From: Promethearchaeota archaeon Loki_b32
GTDB taxonomy: Archaea; Asgardarchaeota; Lokiarchaeia; Sigyniarchaeales; SOKP01
Direction: 5' to 3'
DNA: 64,000 bases
Assembly (NCBI GenBank): GCA_005223125.1
Contig: NJBH01000004.1
Location: forward strand, 1 to 64,000
Below, piece after piece: positions 10,378-19,154 of this stretch. A model generated the notes under the pieces. That model did not search any database and was not told the origin of the DNA. It was given only the letters and a program-made list of their open reading frames with translations. The position numbers were made by a program, and so were the translations under genes. Numbering within the stretch: the stretch's first letter is position 1; each line of letters begins with the position of its first letter.

Positions 10378-10391
10378 TGAATAATCATTCA
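10378..10391. promoter_or_regulatory. Operator copy TGAATAATCATTCA
   Basis: One mismatch to the palindrome; upstream of nifX-osmC genes. Confidence 0.6.
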
Positions 10392-10642
10392 GAATCACTA
10401 CAAAATAGAGATGTGAAAAAATTGAAAAGTTATAAAGAAATAATAAAAGATGATACTTTTAATACGACAGATGAATATTTTGTAGATAATCATATCTCGC
10501 ACTTGTTATTATATAAAGACCTTATGGCATAAATCATCTTTTCATATTGAATTTACTTATTTATTTAGAAATTCTATTAATTATAGCCTCTTTTTATTTT
10601 TTCTTTTCAAAAATATATTATTAAAATTTTCAAATTATAAAG

Positions 10643-11947
10643 TTAATGAGTTGCACAGGATATACAAGGGTCAAATGCCCTAATAATCATCTGAATTTTC
10701 TTTTTAACTAAATTTATATCTCCTGTTCTTTCAAATAATTCTTGAGCATATTTTGTAATCATATCGTTAATAAGTGAGAGATTAAACTCAGTAGCAATGA
10801 ATAGATTTATTCGATCAACGTAATTACTTTTATTAAGGTGATAATGATGTATTAAAACCCCTCTAGGGGCCTCAATAACACCTATTCCATCCAAGTTTTT
10901 TATTGAATTCAGAGAGGGAAGTTTTTCTCTTATATTTAAAGATGGATTATCTAAAATTTGTAATCCTTGATAAGATTCAATATACATTTCTAATAATCTT
11001 ATAAAATTAGTAAATAATATATTGTTTTTCCATGATTTATTAAAGTAGTCAAGATAAGTGGGAATTTCATCAATTCCATAATTCTCAACAATATTAAAGC
11101 GTGAAAAAGGGCCAACAATCACATTTTTTTCATTTTCGAAATAAAAATCAATTCCACGTAAATTAATCTCTTTTCCAAAATATGTAGAATAATTTTGTTT
11201 TTCAAATTCTATAAAGTTTTTATTGTTTTCTTTAAATCTTAAAGAACCAGAATATCGATCATAATTTCCATAATTAGTTAGAGCAAGAGAAATAAATTTT
11301 GGAAGATCAAATTCTTTTGGAGGAGTCTGATTTGCAAATAATTGAATAAATTTTTCTATAATCCATTCTAAAATAACTAAAGCTTTTTGAAAATATTTTC
11401 GAGCTAATGTAATACTTTTTCGAGAAGGAGAATAAATAACACCTCCAGGAACAAGTGAAATCAAATGAACAGATCTACCACCAAATAATTCATTTATTTC
11501 ATTTCCAACTTTAATTAAATCATATAAACTAGTTGTTAATTGAGGATAATATTTGATTAATTCATAAGGAGAAAAAGTCTTTTGGCTAAGATTAAAAATT
11601 GTTAAAAGATCTGGTAGAGTCTGGAAAAAAAAATTCATAGAATGAGATTTAATTAATTCAGCACTCATTAAAAGGCGTCTTAAAAGAATATTATGTTCTG
11701 AAACTTCGATATTATAAATATCTTCTATTGTTTTACAACTAGCGATTGTTTGAGAAGCATAACATAATCCGCATATTCGAGATATAATTTTTGGAATATC
11801 AAATAGATTTTTACCGATTAAGAAATTTTCAAATCCTCGATATATCTCAAATTCTAAATTTACTGATAAAACTTCATCATTCTGAAGTAAGATTCTTACT
11901 TCTCCGTGACCCTCAACACGTTTACAAACATCAACAACTTTTAACAA
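10643..11947 (-). CDS. mvhA: [NiFe]-hydrogenase large subunit, group 3 (MvhA-like), with no C-terminal extension
   Basis: RVEGHG, RICGLCYASQ (L1), EAPRG, DPCISCATH immediately followed by TAA. Confidence 0.9.
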   Translation of the reverse strand: MLKVVDVCKRVEGHGEVRILLQNDEVLSVNLEFEIYRGFENFLIGKNLFDIPKIISRICGLCYASQTIASCKTIEDIYNIEVSEHNILLRRLLMSAELIKSHSMNFFFQTLPDLLTIFNLSQKTFSPYELIKYYPQLTTSLYDLIKVGNEINELFGGRSVHLISLVPGGVIYSPSRKSITLARKYFQKALVILEWIIEKFIQLFANQTPPKEFDLPKFISLALTNYGNYDRYSGSLRFKENNKNFIEFEKQNYSTYFGKEINLRGIDFYFENEKNVIVGPFSRFNIVENYGIDEIPTYLDYFNKSWKNNILFTNFIRLLEMYIESYQGLQILDNPSLNIREKLPSLNSIKNLDGIGVIEAPRGVLIHHYHLNKSNYVDRINLFIATEFNLSLINDMITKYAQELFERTGDINLVKKKIQMIIRAFDPCISCATH

Positions 11948-11952
11948 TCTTT

Positions 11953-12711
11953 TTACCTTTTCATTTTTGGTTTTGAGAATCGATAAAAAATACCAGTATA
12001 ATCCTTTAATTCTTGAGATAATTCTATCAAGCTCAAAAAATTTATAACATTAGAAGTAAAATCTTTTGATACAGGACCCATACATCCCTCACAAGGAAGC
12101 CCCATTTTTATACATTTATGTTCACATCCATCACGAGTTATTGGTCCTAAACATAAAATACCTTTTTTTAAAAAACATTCAGAATTTTCTTCGTTTAGAC
12201 TAATTTCTTCTGGATTAGGATTGATTTTGGTGATATTTATTTGAAAATTAATTTCCATTTTTTCCCATATTGGACAATTGGCGCACATATTTTTTTCGGA
12301 TAAGGTTATATCTTTATTCTCAACCAACCTAATTACACTGTTTCCAAAAAGCTTAGAGGGCGGGGGACAGCCAGGAATAATACCATCAACTTCAATATAA
12401 TTAGAGAGTGGTTCTGCTATTTTTGAATTTGAAAGGCTAAGAATTCCTCCAAAACAAGCGCAGGTTCCTAAAGCAAATACTTTTTTTGCGTGTCTTCGAA
12501 CTTTTCTAAGGAGTATTATTTGTGTTTCTTCAGAAACACAGCCTTCTACTAATGCTATTTCACATTCTTTAATATCTTTTGCATCTGAAATAAATGGAAA
12601 ATAAATTATTCTTGTTCTTTCAAGAAATTGTGGAAAAATGTCTAAAGACATAAGAGTTGATATACACCCAGTACATGAAGTTAGAGAAATTAATATAAAT
12701 CTAGGCTTCAA
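11953..12711 (-). CDS. mvhG: [NiFe]-hydrogenase small subunit (MvhG-like); probable TTG start at 12711
   Basis: SCTGC, GTCACFGG, PGCPP, CLGPITRDGC…CEGCMGP; GGAGG RBS before TTG. Confidence 0.88.
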   Translation of the reverse strand: MKPRFILISLTSCTGCISTLMSLDIFPQFLERTRIIYFPFISDAKDIKECEIALVEGCVSEETQIILLRKVRRHAKKVFALGTCACFGGILSLSNSKIAEPLSNYIEVDGIIPGCPPPSKLFGNSVIRLVENKDITLSEKNMCANCPIWEKMEINFQINITKINPNPEEISLNEENSECFLKKGILCLGPITRDGCEHKCIKMGLPCEGCMGPVSKDFTSNVINFLSLIELSQELKDYTGIFYRFSKPKMKR

Positions 12712-15250
12712 ATTTAATTTCCTCCAATAGTTGATTATAGAATTTATTAGAAATTTCAGCAAATTTATTACCCTCAACAGCATTCAAATGTTCAAGAATT
12801 ATTCGATCTTTATATTTAGGTGATATAATATTCTTTAATAATCTGATTTTATTTTCTACTTTTTTAATTCCATCAATATATCGACAAGCATCTTGTCTAC
12901 AACCAATTATCATTACTCCGTCGAAACCGAGTTCAAATGATTTAATAATAAAGCTAGTGTCAATGCGCCCTGTACAAGGCACCCTGACAATAAAAATATT
13001 TGGATTATAAGAGATCTTCTTGAGTCCGGCATTATCAGCGGCAGCATATCCACAAGAGGCACAGCAGAAGGCAATAATTTTTGGATGTGTTCTGAATTTC
13101 GAAAAAATTTCAATTGTTGCTAGAATCTTTTCAGAAGTGTCTATGTTTAAATCTATTGCATTAGTAGGACAAACACTAGCACAAGTACCGCAACCCTTAC
13201 ATTTGAATTTATCTATACTAACTTTATCTGATTCTATTATAATAGCATTATAAGGACAAATCTTTAAGCACAGACCACATAAGCCACATCTGTTTTCATC
13301 AATCTCTATTCCTGTAAACTCTGCTATCAAATAATTCTTAGAAAGTAATGCAATGATTTTTAATGCAATATTATTAGTTGTTGATATTGTAGAATTATAA
13401 TCTAATGGGCCAAAGATTGTCCCAACTCCATAAATTCCAGAAGCTAATGTTTCTTCACTCATAAATCCATTGTCATCTAATGTAAAATCCATAAATTTTC
13501 GAAGATTTTTTAGATCTTTATTTGGGACATATTTTAGACTTAATACAATCAAATCACTTGGAAATTCAATATTATCAGCAATAATATAATTTTGATCTTT
13601 ATTAGATTCAATAGTAATTTTGTTGGCATATATAAATCTGGGATTAGTTGATCTTAACAAAATCTCATCCTTATCCTTTAATCTACTTAAATCATAAAAA
13701 ACATTGACTTCACAATCAAGATTTCTTATTTTAATATCCTCAATATATTTTTCTGCCAAATTTTCAGAGTAATCAGCAAGATATTTCGATGGGCCAACTT
13801 CTTGGATAATGGAAATCGTATTTATGGGTATTTTATCTGATAATCTTAAAAGCTTTCCTTCAGTTAAACCGTCAGAAGATAAAATCCGCTCAAATTCAGG
13901 TGAAGTTATTATATTTTTTTTGGGATTATAATGATAATCCTCTAAATCTCCGGAAAAATCGGATCCAATAGCAATAACTTTAGTACCAACCTTAATCTCA
14001 ATCCTTTCTTCTTTTTGAGTTAAATCTATTGCTTTATTCACGCACGCACGTTCACAAATTCTACAATTAAGGCAATTCTTTAAATCTTCTTCATCAATTA
14101 AAGGAATATAAGGATAGGAATGCATAAATGGAATATATATGATTTTTCGATTAATTAGACCAAATTCATATTGATTTGGTTTTTCTATACTACAAACTTC
14201 TATACATTGTTTACATCCTGTACATTTTTTCATATCGACATAACGAGGTTTTTTAACCATATTAATTGTAAAATTTCCTACTTCTCCTGATACATTTTCA
14301 ACTTCAGTATTAGTAAAAAAACTTATATTTTTTTCATTCGCTAACTCACTTATTAATTCTGAAATGAAACATATTGAACAATCACCCATATTATGGATTC
14401 TATGCCATCTGGCTACCTTACCTCCCAATGTTGGTGATTTATCAATGAGATATACTTTTATTCCAGCTCGCGCTAAATTTAAAGCAAGGGTTATACCTGC
14501 AATTCCCCCACCTAAAATTGCACAACTCTTTTCTACCTCAACTCTCTTCACTTTTACTTTTTTTTGAAGATTTACTCGTTCAACAGCGGCTTCAATTAAT
14601 AATTTAGTCTTTTCTAATGAAAGTGAAGGATCTATTTGATTCATTTTAAATTGATGTACCCAGCAACATTGTTCTCTAATGTTAGCTATTTCTATATTTG
14701 TACGATCTATAATATCCTCAAAAATTCGTTCAAAAAGAAGTTGGTGTGTTTTTGGAGAACAAGCTGCTATTACTATTTTATTCAAAAAATTGTCTTTAAC
14801 CCAATTACATATTTTTTCAAAATTCTTTTGTTGACAGAGATTTTCAAAAATCTTTACCGAAACTACTTTTCTTAACTTATTCATATAATTTCCAAGTGCA
14901 GTTATATCAATTACACTTGAAATTTCTGTATTACAATTACAAATAATTACTCCAATCCGGCTTATTTCACTTCCCTTATAGTCTAAATACTCATCAATAT
15001 CTTCTCCCGATAAAATTCTTTTGTTAAGATTAAGTATTTTAAGTACGCGTTTGCCTTCTTCTGTAAGAAAATACGATTTTTTGTCTTTCCTTATTAATGA
15101 GTCGATCTTTTTAAGATGAAAATTTAGTTGTCCAGTTGTTTCTAGACCAAGTTTTTCCATTAAATCAGTATAATGAAGATAACCCTCTCTTTCTAAAAGA
15201 AGTAAAATTTTTCTCCTAAATGGATGAGACAATATTGAATATATGTCCAT
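12701..15250 (-). CDS. Fusion protein: ArsR-like winged HTH + HdrA-like flavo-Fe-S + MvhD domain
   Basis: LSHPFRRKILLLL…TGQLNFHLKK…YFLTEEG wHTH; CNC/AACSP/NIREQC HdrA N-domain; GGGIAG; ferredoxin motifs; C-terminal AFCCASCGYAAAD…RVPCTGRID MvhD. Confidence 0.88.
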   Translation of the reverse strand: MDIYSILSHPFRRKILLLLEREGYLHYTDLMEKLGLETTGQLNFHLKKIDSLIRKDKKSYFLTEEGKRVLKILNLNKRILSGEDIDEYLDYKGSEISRIGVIICNCNTEISSVIDITALGNYMNKLRKVVSVKIFENLCQQKNFEKICNWVKDNFLNKIVIAACSPKTHQLLFERIFEDIIDRTNIEIANIREQCCWVHQFKMNQIDPSLSLEKTKLLIEAAVERVNLQKKVKVKRVEVEKSCAILGGGIAGITLALNLARAGIKVYLIDKSPTLGGKVARWHRIHNMGDCSICFISELISELANEKNISFFTNTEVENVSGEVGNFTINMVKKPRYVDMKKCTGCKQCIEVCSIEKPNQYEFGLINRKIIYIPFMHSYPYIPLIDEEDLKNCLNCRICERACVNKAIDLTQKEERIEIKVGTKVIAIGSDFSGDLEDYHYNPKKNIITSPEFERILSSDGLTEGKLLRLSDKIPINTISIIQEVGPSKYLADYSENLAEKYIEDIKIRNLDCEVNVFYDLSRLKDKDEILLRSTNPRFIYANKITIESNKDQNYIIADNIEFPSDLIVLSLKYVPNKDLKNLRKFMDFTLDDNGFMSEETLASGIYGVGTIFGPLDYNSTISTTNNIALKIIALLSKNYLIAEFTGIEIDENRCGLCGLCLKICPYNAIIIESDKVSIDKFKCKGCGTCASVCPTNAIDLNIDTSEKILATIEIFSKFRTHPKIIAFCCASCGYAAADNAGLKKISYNPNIFIVRVPCTGRIDTSFIIKSFELGFDGVMIIGCRQDACRYIDGIKKVENKIRLLKNIISPKYKDRIILEHLNAVEGNKFAEISNKFYNQLLEEIKFEA

Positions 15251-15312
15251 TATTTAAATCCCTCCTTTTTTTTCCTAATTTCAAACAAAATTTTTTAAAA
15301 CTAAAACAAAAA

Positions 15313-16458
15313 TTATTCTTCATTTACTACTGAAGTCATTGATGACGATTTCCATACTATCAATTTATTCTTCATATTTTTTTCTGTTCGTTTTATTTTT
15401 GATTGAGAGAATTGGGTAATTTTTTCCATCATTTCCTTTTTGTCATTTACATCCAATTTTAAACATTTAATTACACCTGCGTTTAGTGCTTTATTGACTA
15501 TATCTTTTCCTTTTTTTGTACGAGTGATAACAGTTGTAAATTTATCAGGGGAGCCTAACCCTCCAAAGGAAATATCTGCATAAATATTAGTAAAATCTTT
15601 GCAAACCGCGCAAGCTTGACGCACATAATCATTTAATCTCTTAAAAGGTATATGAATAGTACTATTATCTTTTAAATTAACAATTAAATCTTCCTTAATG
15701 TTTATTCTTTTAATATTTTTGAATTTTAGTTTAAAATCTTTTTCAAATTTCTCAACCTTTTTATTATCAAAAAAAAAATTCTCATAACAAAATAATCCTA
15801 AACAAAATTCTATATTCTCAGATGGAATGATACCTAAGTTTTGCATACATCTAATTGTGTAAATTTGACAAGGTGTTCCTATTAATGCCAATTTCTTAAA
15901 TTTGTACTGCTTTAATTTGGGTAATGAACTTGTATATGTATGAAATTTCTGTACAGTTTCTAATTGGGGAGATGTATCTAACTTGACACCTGAAGCGCTA
16001 ATTAAATCTTCTCTACTTTTAGCTATTATACCCTCTCTAGAGAAAGGTGATTTTGTTTTTGCAACAATTGCTCCATCAATCACTTTTTTATCTATTAAAT
16101 AATTAATTATTGAGTTTACAACCCCGCCGTCTGTACCAAAATTTAAGAATTCACTATCTATAGCTTGGCAAGAGTAAATTGCTTCTACAAACCCTAAAGG
16201 CATCGATAAAAAATCTGAAAAAGTATAAGATTTATTGAGATCCTCGTCTAAAACATGTGTTTGTGGACAAATGAAATAACAAATCCCACACTCAAGGCAT
16301 TTTTCCTTATTTAAATATTCTGGAGGAGAATTAGGTTTTTTAAATCCAATTACATCATTTTCTATTGAATTACAAAAACTTACACAACCACCACACTCTT
16401 GACAAATACCAGGTTCATGGACTTCTTCAATTAAATCCTTAAAAGTTTTTATACTCAT
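15313..16458 (-). CDS. FrhB/FdhB-family F420-binding flavoprotein with N-terminal 2x[4Fe-4S]
   Basis: CQECGGC, CLECGIC, DGGVV, GTPCQI, GLFCYENF, CAVCKDF…ADISFG. Confidence 0.88.
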   Translation of the reverse strand: MSIKTFKDLIEEVHEPGICQECGGCVSFCNSIENDVIGFKKPNSPPEYLNKEKCLECGICYFICPQTHVLDEDLNKSYTFSDFLSMPLGFVEAIYSCQAIDSEFLNFGTDGGVVNSIINYLIDKKVIDGAIVAKTKSPFSREGIIAKSREDLISASGVKLDTSPQLETVQKFHTYTSSLPKLKQYKFKKLALIGTPCQIYTIRCMQNLGIIPSENIEFCLGLFCYENFFFDNKKVEKFEKDFKLKFKNIKRINIKEDLIVNLKDNSTIHIPFKRLNDYVRQACAVCKDFTNIYADISFGGLGSPDKFTTVITRTKKGKDIVNKALNAGVIKCLKLDVNDKKEMMEKITQFSQSKIKRTEKNMKNKLIVWKSSSMTSVVNEE

Positions 16459-16532
16459 GCTTAAAAATCACCAATTTATATTTACAATCTTAAAAGTTAT
16501 TATGACTATTTTGACAATATTTATGATCTCTA

Positions 16533-16550
16533 TGATAAATATAATTGTCA
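16533..16550. promoter_or_regulatory. Operator TGATAA-N6-TTGTCA
   Basis: Imperfect palindrome; same motif at 16702, 25886 and 25993. Confidence 0.6.
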
Positions 16551-16701
16551 AAATATATAAATATGATCCTTTTTGTATATTATGTGACTATAAGTAATAA
16601 TAAGAAATGATGGATAATTGCATCAAGTATTAGATAAATGATAGATATTATATTGGAGAATGATCATGGAAAGATCAGACTCGCTCATTAAATAAACAAA
16701 A

Positions 16702-16783
16702 TGATAAAAAATTTTGTCAAAATAACTATAATTTATCTTATCAGATTTTTTAAATTTCTCTTAGCTTATTATTTAATCGGAAA
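16702..16783 (+). promoter_or_regulatory. Operator TGATAA-N6-TTGTCA + TATA (TTTAAATT, 16749) promoter of Sec-hdrA
   Basis: Aligns without gaps to 25993-26073. Confidence 0.65.
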
Positions 16784-16898
16784 AGTTCATTACAGAGTAA
16801 TATTAATTACATTTTTGTAAATTTTACACTTTTTTCCAAAAAAAAAATAAATTTTTTCTTTTAAGAATAAATTGGTGATGTTTAACTAGGTGGATTAA

Positions 16899-18935
16899 AT
16901 GTCTGAAAATCAGACCAATGTTAGGATTGGAGTATATATCTGTAGATGAGGAATTAATATTAGTGCTAGCATCGATTGTGATCTTATTAGAGATTATGTT
17001 GAGGCACTCCAAGATATTATTGTTGCTAGAGTAAATGATTTTACTTGTAGTGATCCGGGACAAAATATCATCAAAAACGATATTTTAGATTTAGATTTAA
17101 ATCGTGTAGTTGTTGCAGCTTGTACACCAAAAATTCATGAATCCACATACCGAACAGTTTTAACTGAAGCAGGATTAAACCCATATTACTTTCAGATGGT
17201 TAATCTTCGCGAGCATTGCTCATTCATTCACTCGGGTGATAAGAGAAGTACTACTGAAAAAGCTATAAGGTTAGTGCAAGCAGGGATAAATCGTGCGAGA
17301 CAATTAGAAATTATACCTCATAAAAAAATTTCAGTGGAAAAATCTGTATTAATTATTGGTGCTGGAATTGCAGGGATGAATGCTGCATTAGATTTAGCAA
17401 ATCAAGGAATAATTGTATATTTGGTCGAAATAGAAGCCACAATTGGTGGAAAAATGGCACAATTAGATCGAATTTATCCTACAGACGATTGTGCTATATG
17501 AGTTCTAGCACCTATTATGGTTAGTGCTTCAAAACACCCAAATATAACATTATTTACTTATAGTGATATTATTGGATTTAGTGGTATCCCTGGTAATTAT
17601 AATGTTAAAATATGTAAAAATCCCCGGTATATTGATGAAAAAAAGTGTACTGGTTGTGGATTATGTACGACAAAATGTCCAATAACAGTACCTAACGAAT
17701 TCAACAGATGTATTGGCGAACGGAACGCAATTTATATACCCTTTTCCCAAGCGGTACCTAAAATTGCGTTAATTGAAAAGAGTATCTGCATAGAATGTAA
17801 AAATTGTCAAAAAATTTGTCCAGCAGAGGCTATTGACTTTGAACAAGTCTCAGAATATGTTGATTTAAAAGTTGGTGCAGTAATTATCGCTACAGGATGG
17901 GATGAATATCCAATTATGAAAAATAACGAATATAAATATGGTATTTATCCTGATGTTATTACTCAAATAGAGTTAGAACGTATATTGAGTCCAGTTGGGC
18001 CAACAGGGGGTCACTTATATAGAATTTCTGATGGAAAACCCCCAAAAACATTAGCTATGATTCAATGTGTTGGTTCAAGATCCTTAAAAGGTAATCCCTA
18101 TTGCTCTGGAGTATGTTGTAATGTTGCACTTAAAAACGCTCAGTTGTTAAAACAAGAATATCCTGACATGGACATTGCTATTTTTTATATAGATATGCGA
18201 ACGTGGGATAAAGGAAATGAAGAATATTATAGAAAAGCGAGAGAAGCGGGTATAATGATGATTCGGGGAAAAGTTGGAGATATCCGAGTAGATCCTGATA
18301 CACTAAAAATAAAAGTTACAGCTGATTCAACTTTAACAAATGATTTCATAACAATGAATACCGATTTAGTTGTATTATCAACAGGCATGGTTCCTTCTAA
18401 AAATACAGCACAAATTGTTGAGACTTTAGGTTTAAGTAAAGATATAAATGGGTTTTTAACTGAAGTTCATGGGTGTCTAAAACCTCAAGAGACAAATAAT
18501 TTTGGCATATATATATGTGGCTGTGCTGCTGGACCTAAAAATATTCCTTATTCAGTATCGACAGCTTTAGCTGCAGCAAGTAAAGTATCTACTTTACTTT
18601 CTAAAGATACAATTACTCAAGAATTAATCATTGCTGAAGTAAATGAAACTCTATGTATTGGTTGCCATAGATGTGAAAAACTCTGCAATTATAAGGCAAT
18701 AAAAGTTAATGGAGAGAATATAGCTGAAGTAGACGACTTAAAATGTAAAGGTTGCGGAGTTTGTGTATCATCATGCCCCGCTCGAGCAATTGATCTTAAA
18801 TATTATAGAGATAAACAAATTATTGAAGAGATAAAAGGGATTTGTAGTACTGAACTTGAATATAAGGAAGAATATATTGAATCTATTGAACTTATTTGGA
18901 AAAAGATTGAAGCATTAGCTCCTCATCAAACATAA
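16899..18935 (+). CDS. hdrA: Heterodisulfide reductase subunit A, 678 aa, with two in-frame UGA (probable selenocysteines U17, U201)
   Basis: AGGTGG RBS, ATG 16899; one frame through TGA 16947 (IGVYICR-U-GINI, paralogues CHCG/CQCG) and TGA 17499 (PTDDCAI-U-VLAP, paralogues PTLDCSLCILAP); joins ORFs 17196 and 17517. Confidence 0.85.
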
Positions 18936-19007
18936 TCTGAAAAAGAATGATCCTCTTAAAAAAATGTTAGTTGAGAGGAAACTAACCCATTGCAAGGGTT
19001 TTCAGAA
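18936..19007 (+). promoter_or_regulatory. Structured 3' UTR, candidate SECIS-like element
   Basis: Outer helix TCTGAAAA/TTTTCAGA; ATGA followed by TCCTCTTAA/TTGAGAGGA helix with A-rich loop; 3' core non-canonical. Confidence 0.4.
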
Positions 19008-19022
19008 AAATGTAAAGTAATA

Positions 19023-19044
19023 GATGATATAAATTTATATCATC
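19023..19044. terminator. Perfect 22-bp palindrome between convergent genes
   Basis: GATGATATAAATTTATATCATC. Confidence 0.4.
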
Positions 19045-19154
19045 AATTCAAATTAATTTAATTTATACGAATGGATATCTATCTTTCTTTATTTTCTTTT
19101 TTTTAAGTTAATAATGTGTAAAATGGCTTATCTAAGAATTGTTAATTAATTATT

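Noticed and set aside
17196-18935. Two separate ORFs (101 aa and 472 aa) as in the ORF track
   Set aside because: Both are in frame with ATG 16899 and together form one HdrA
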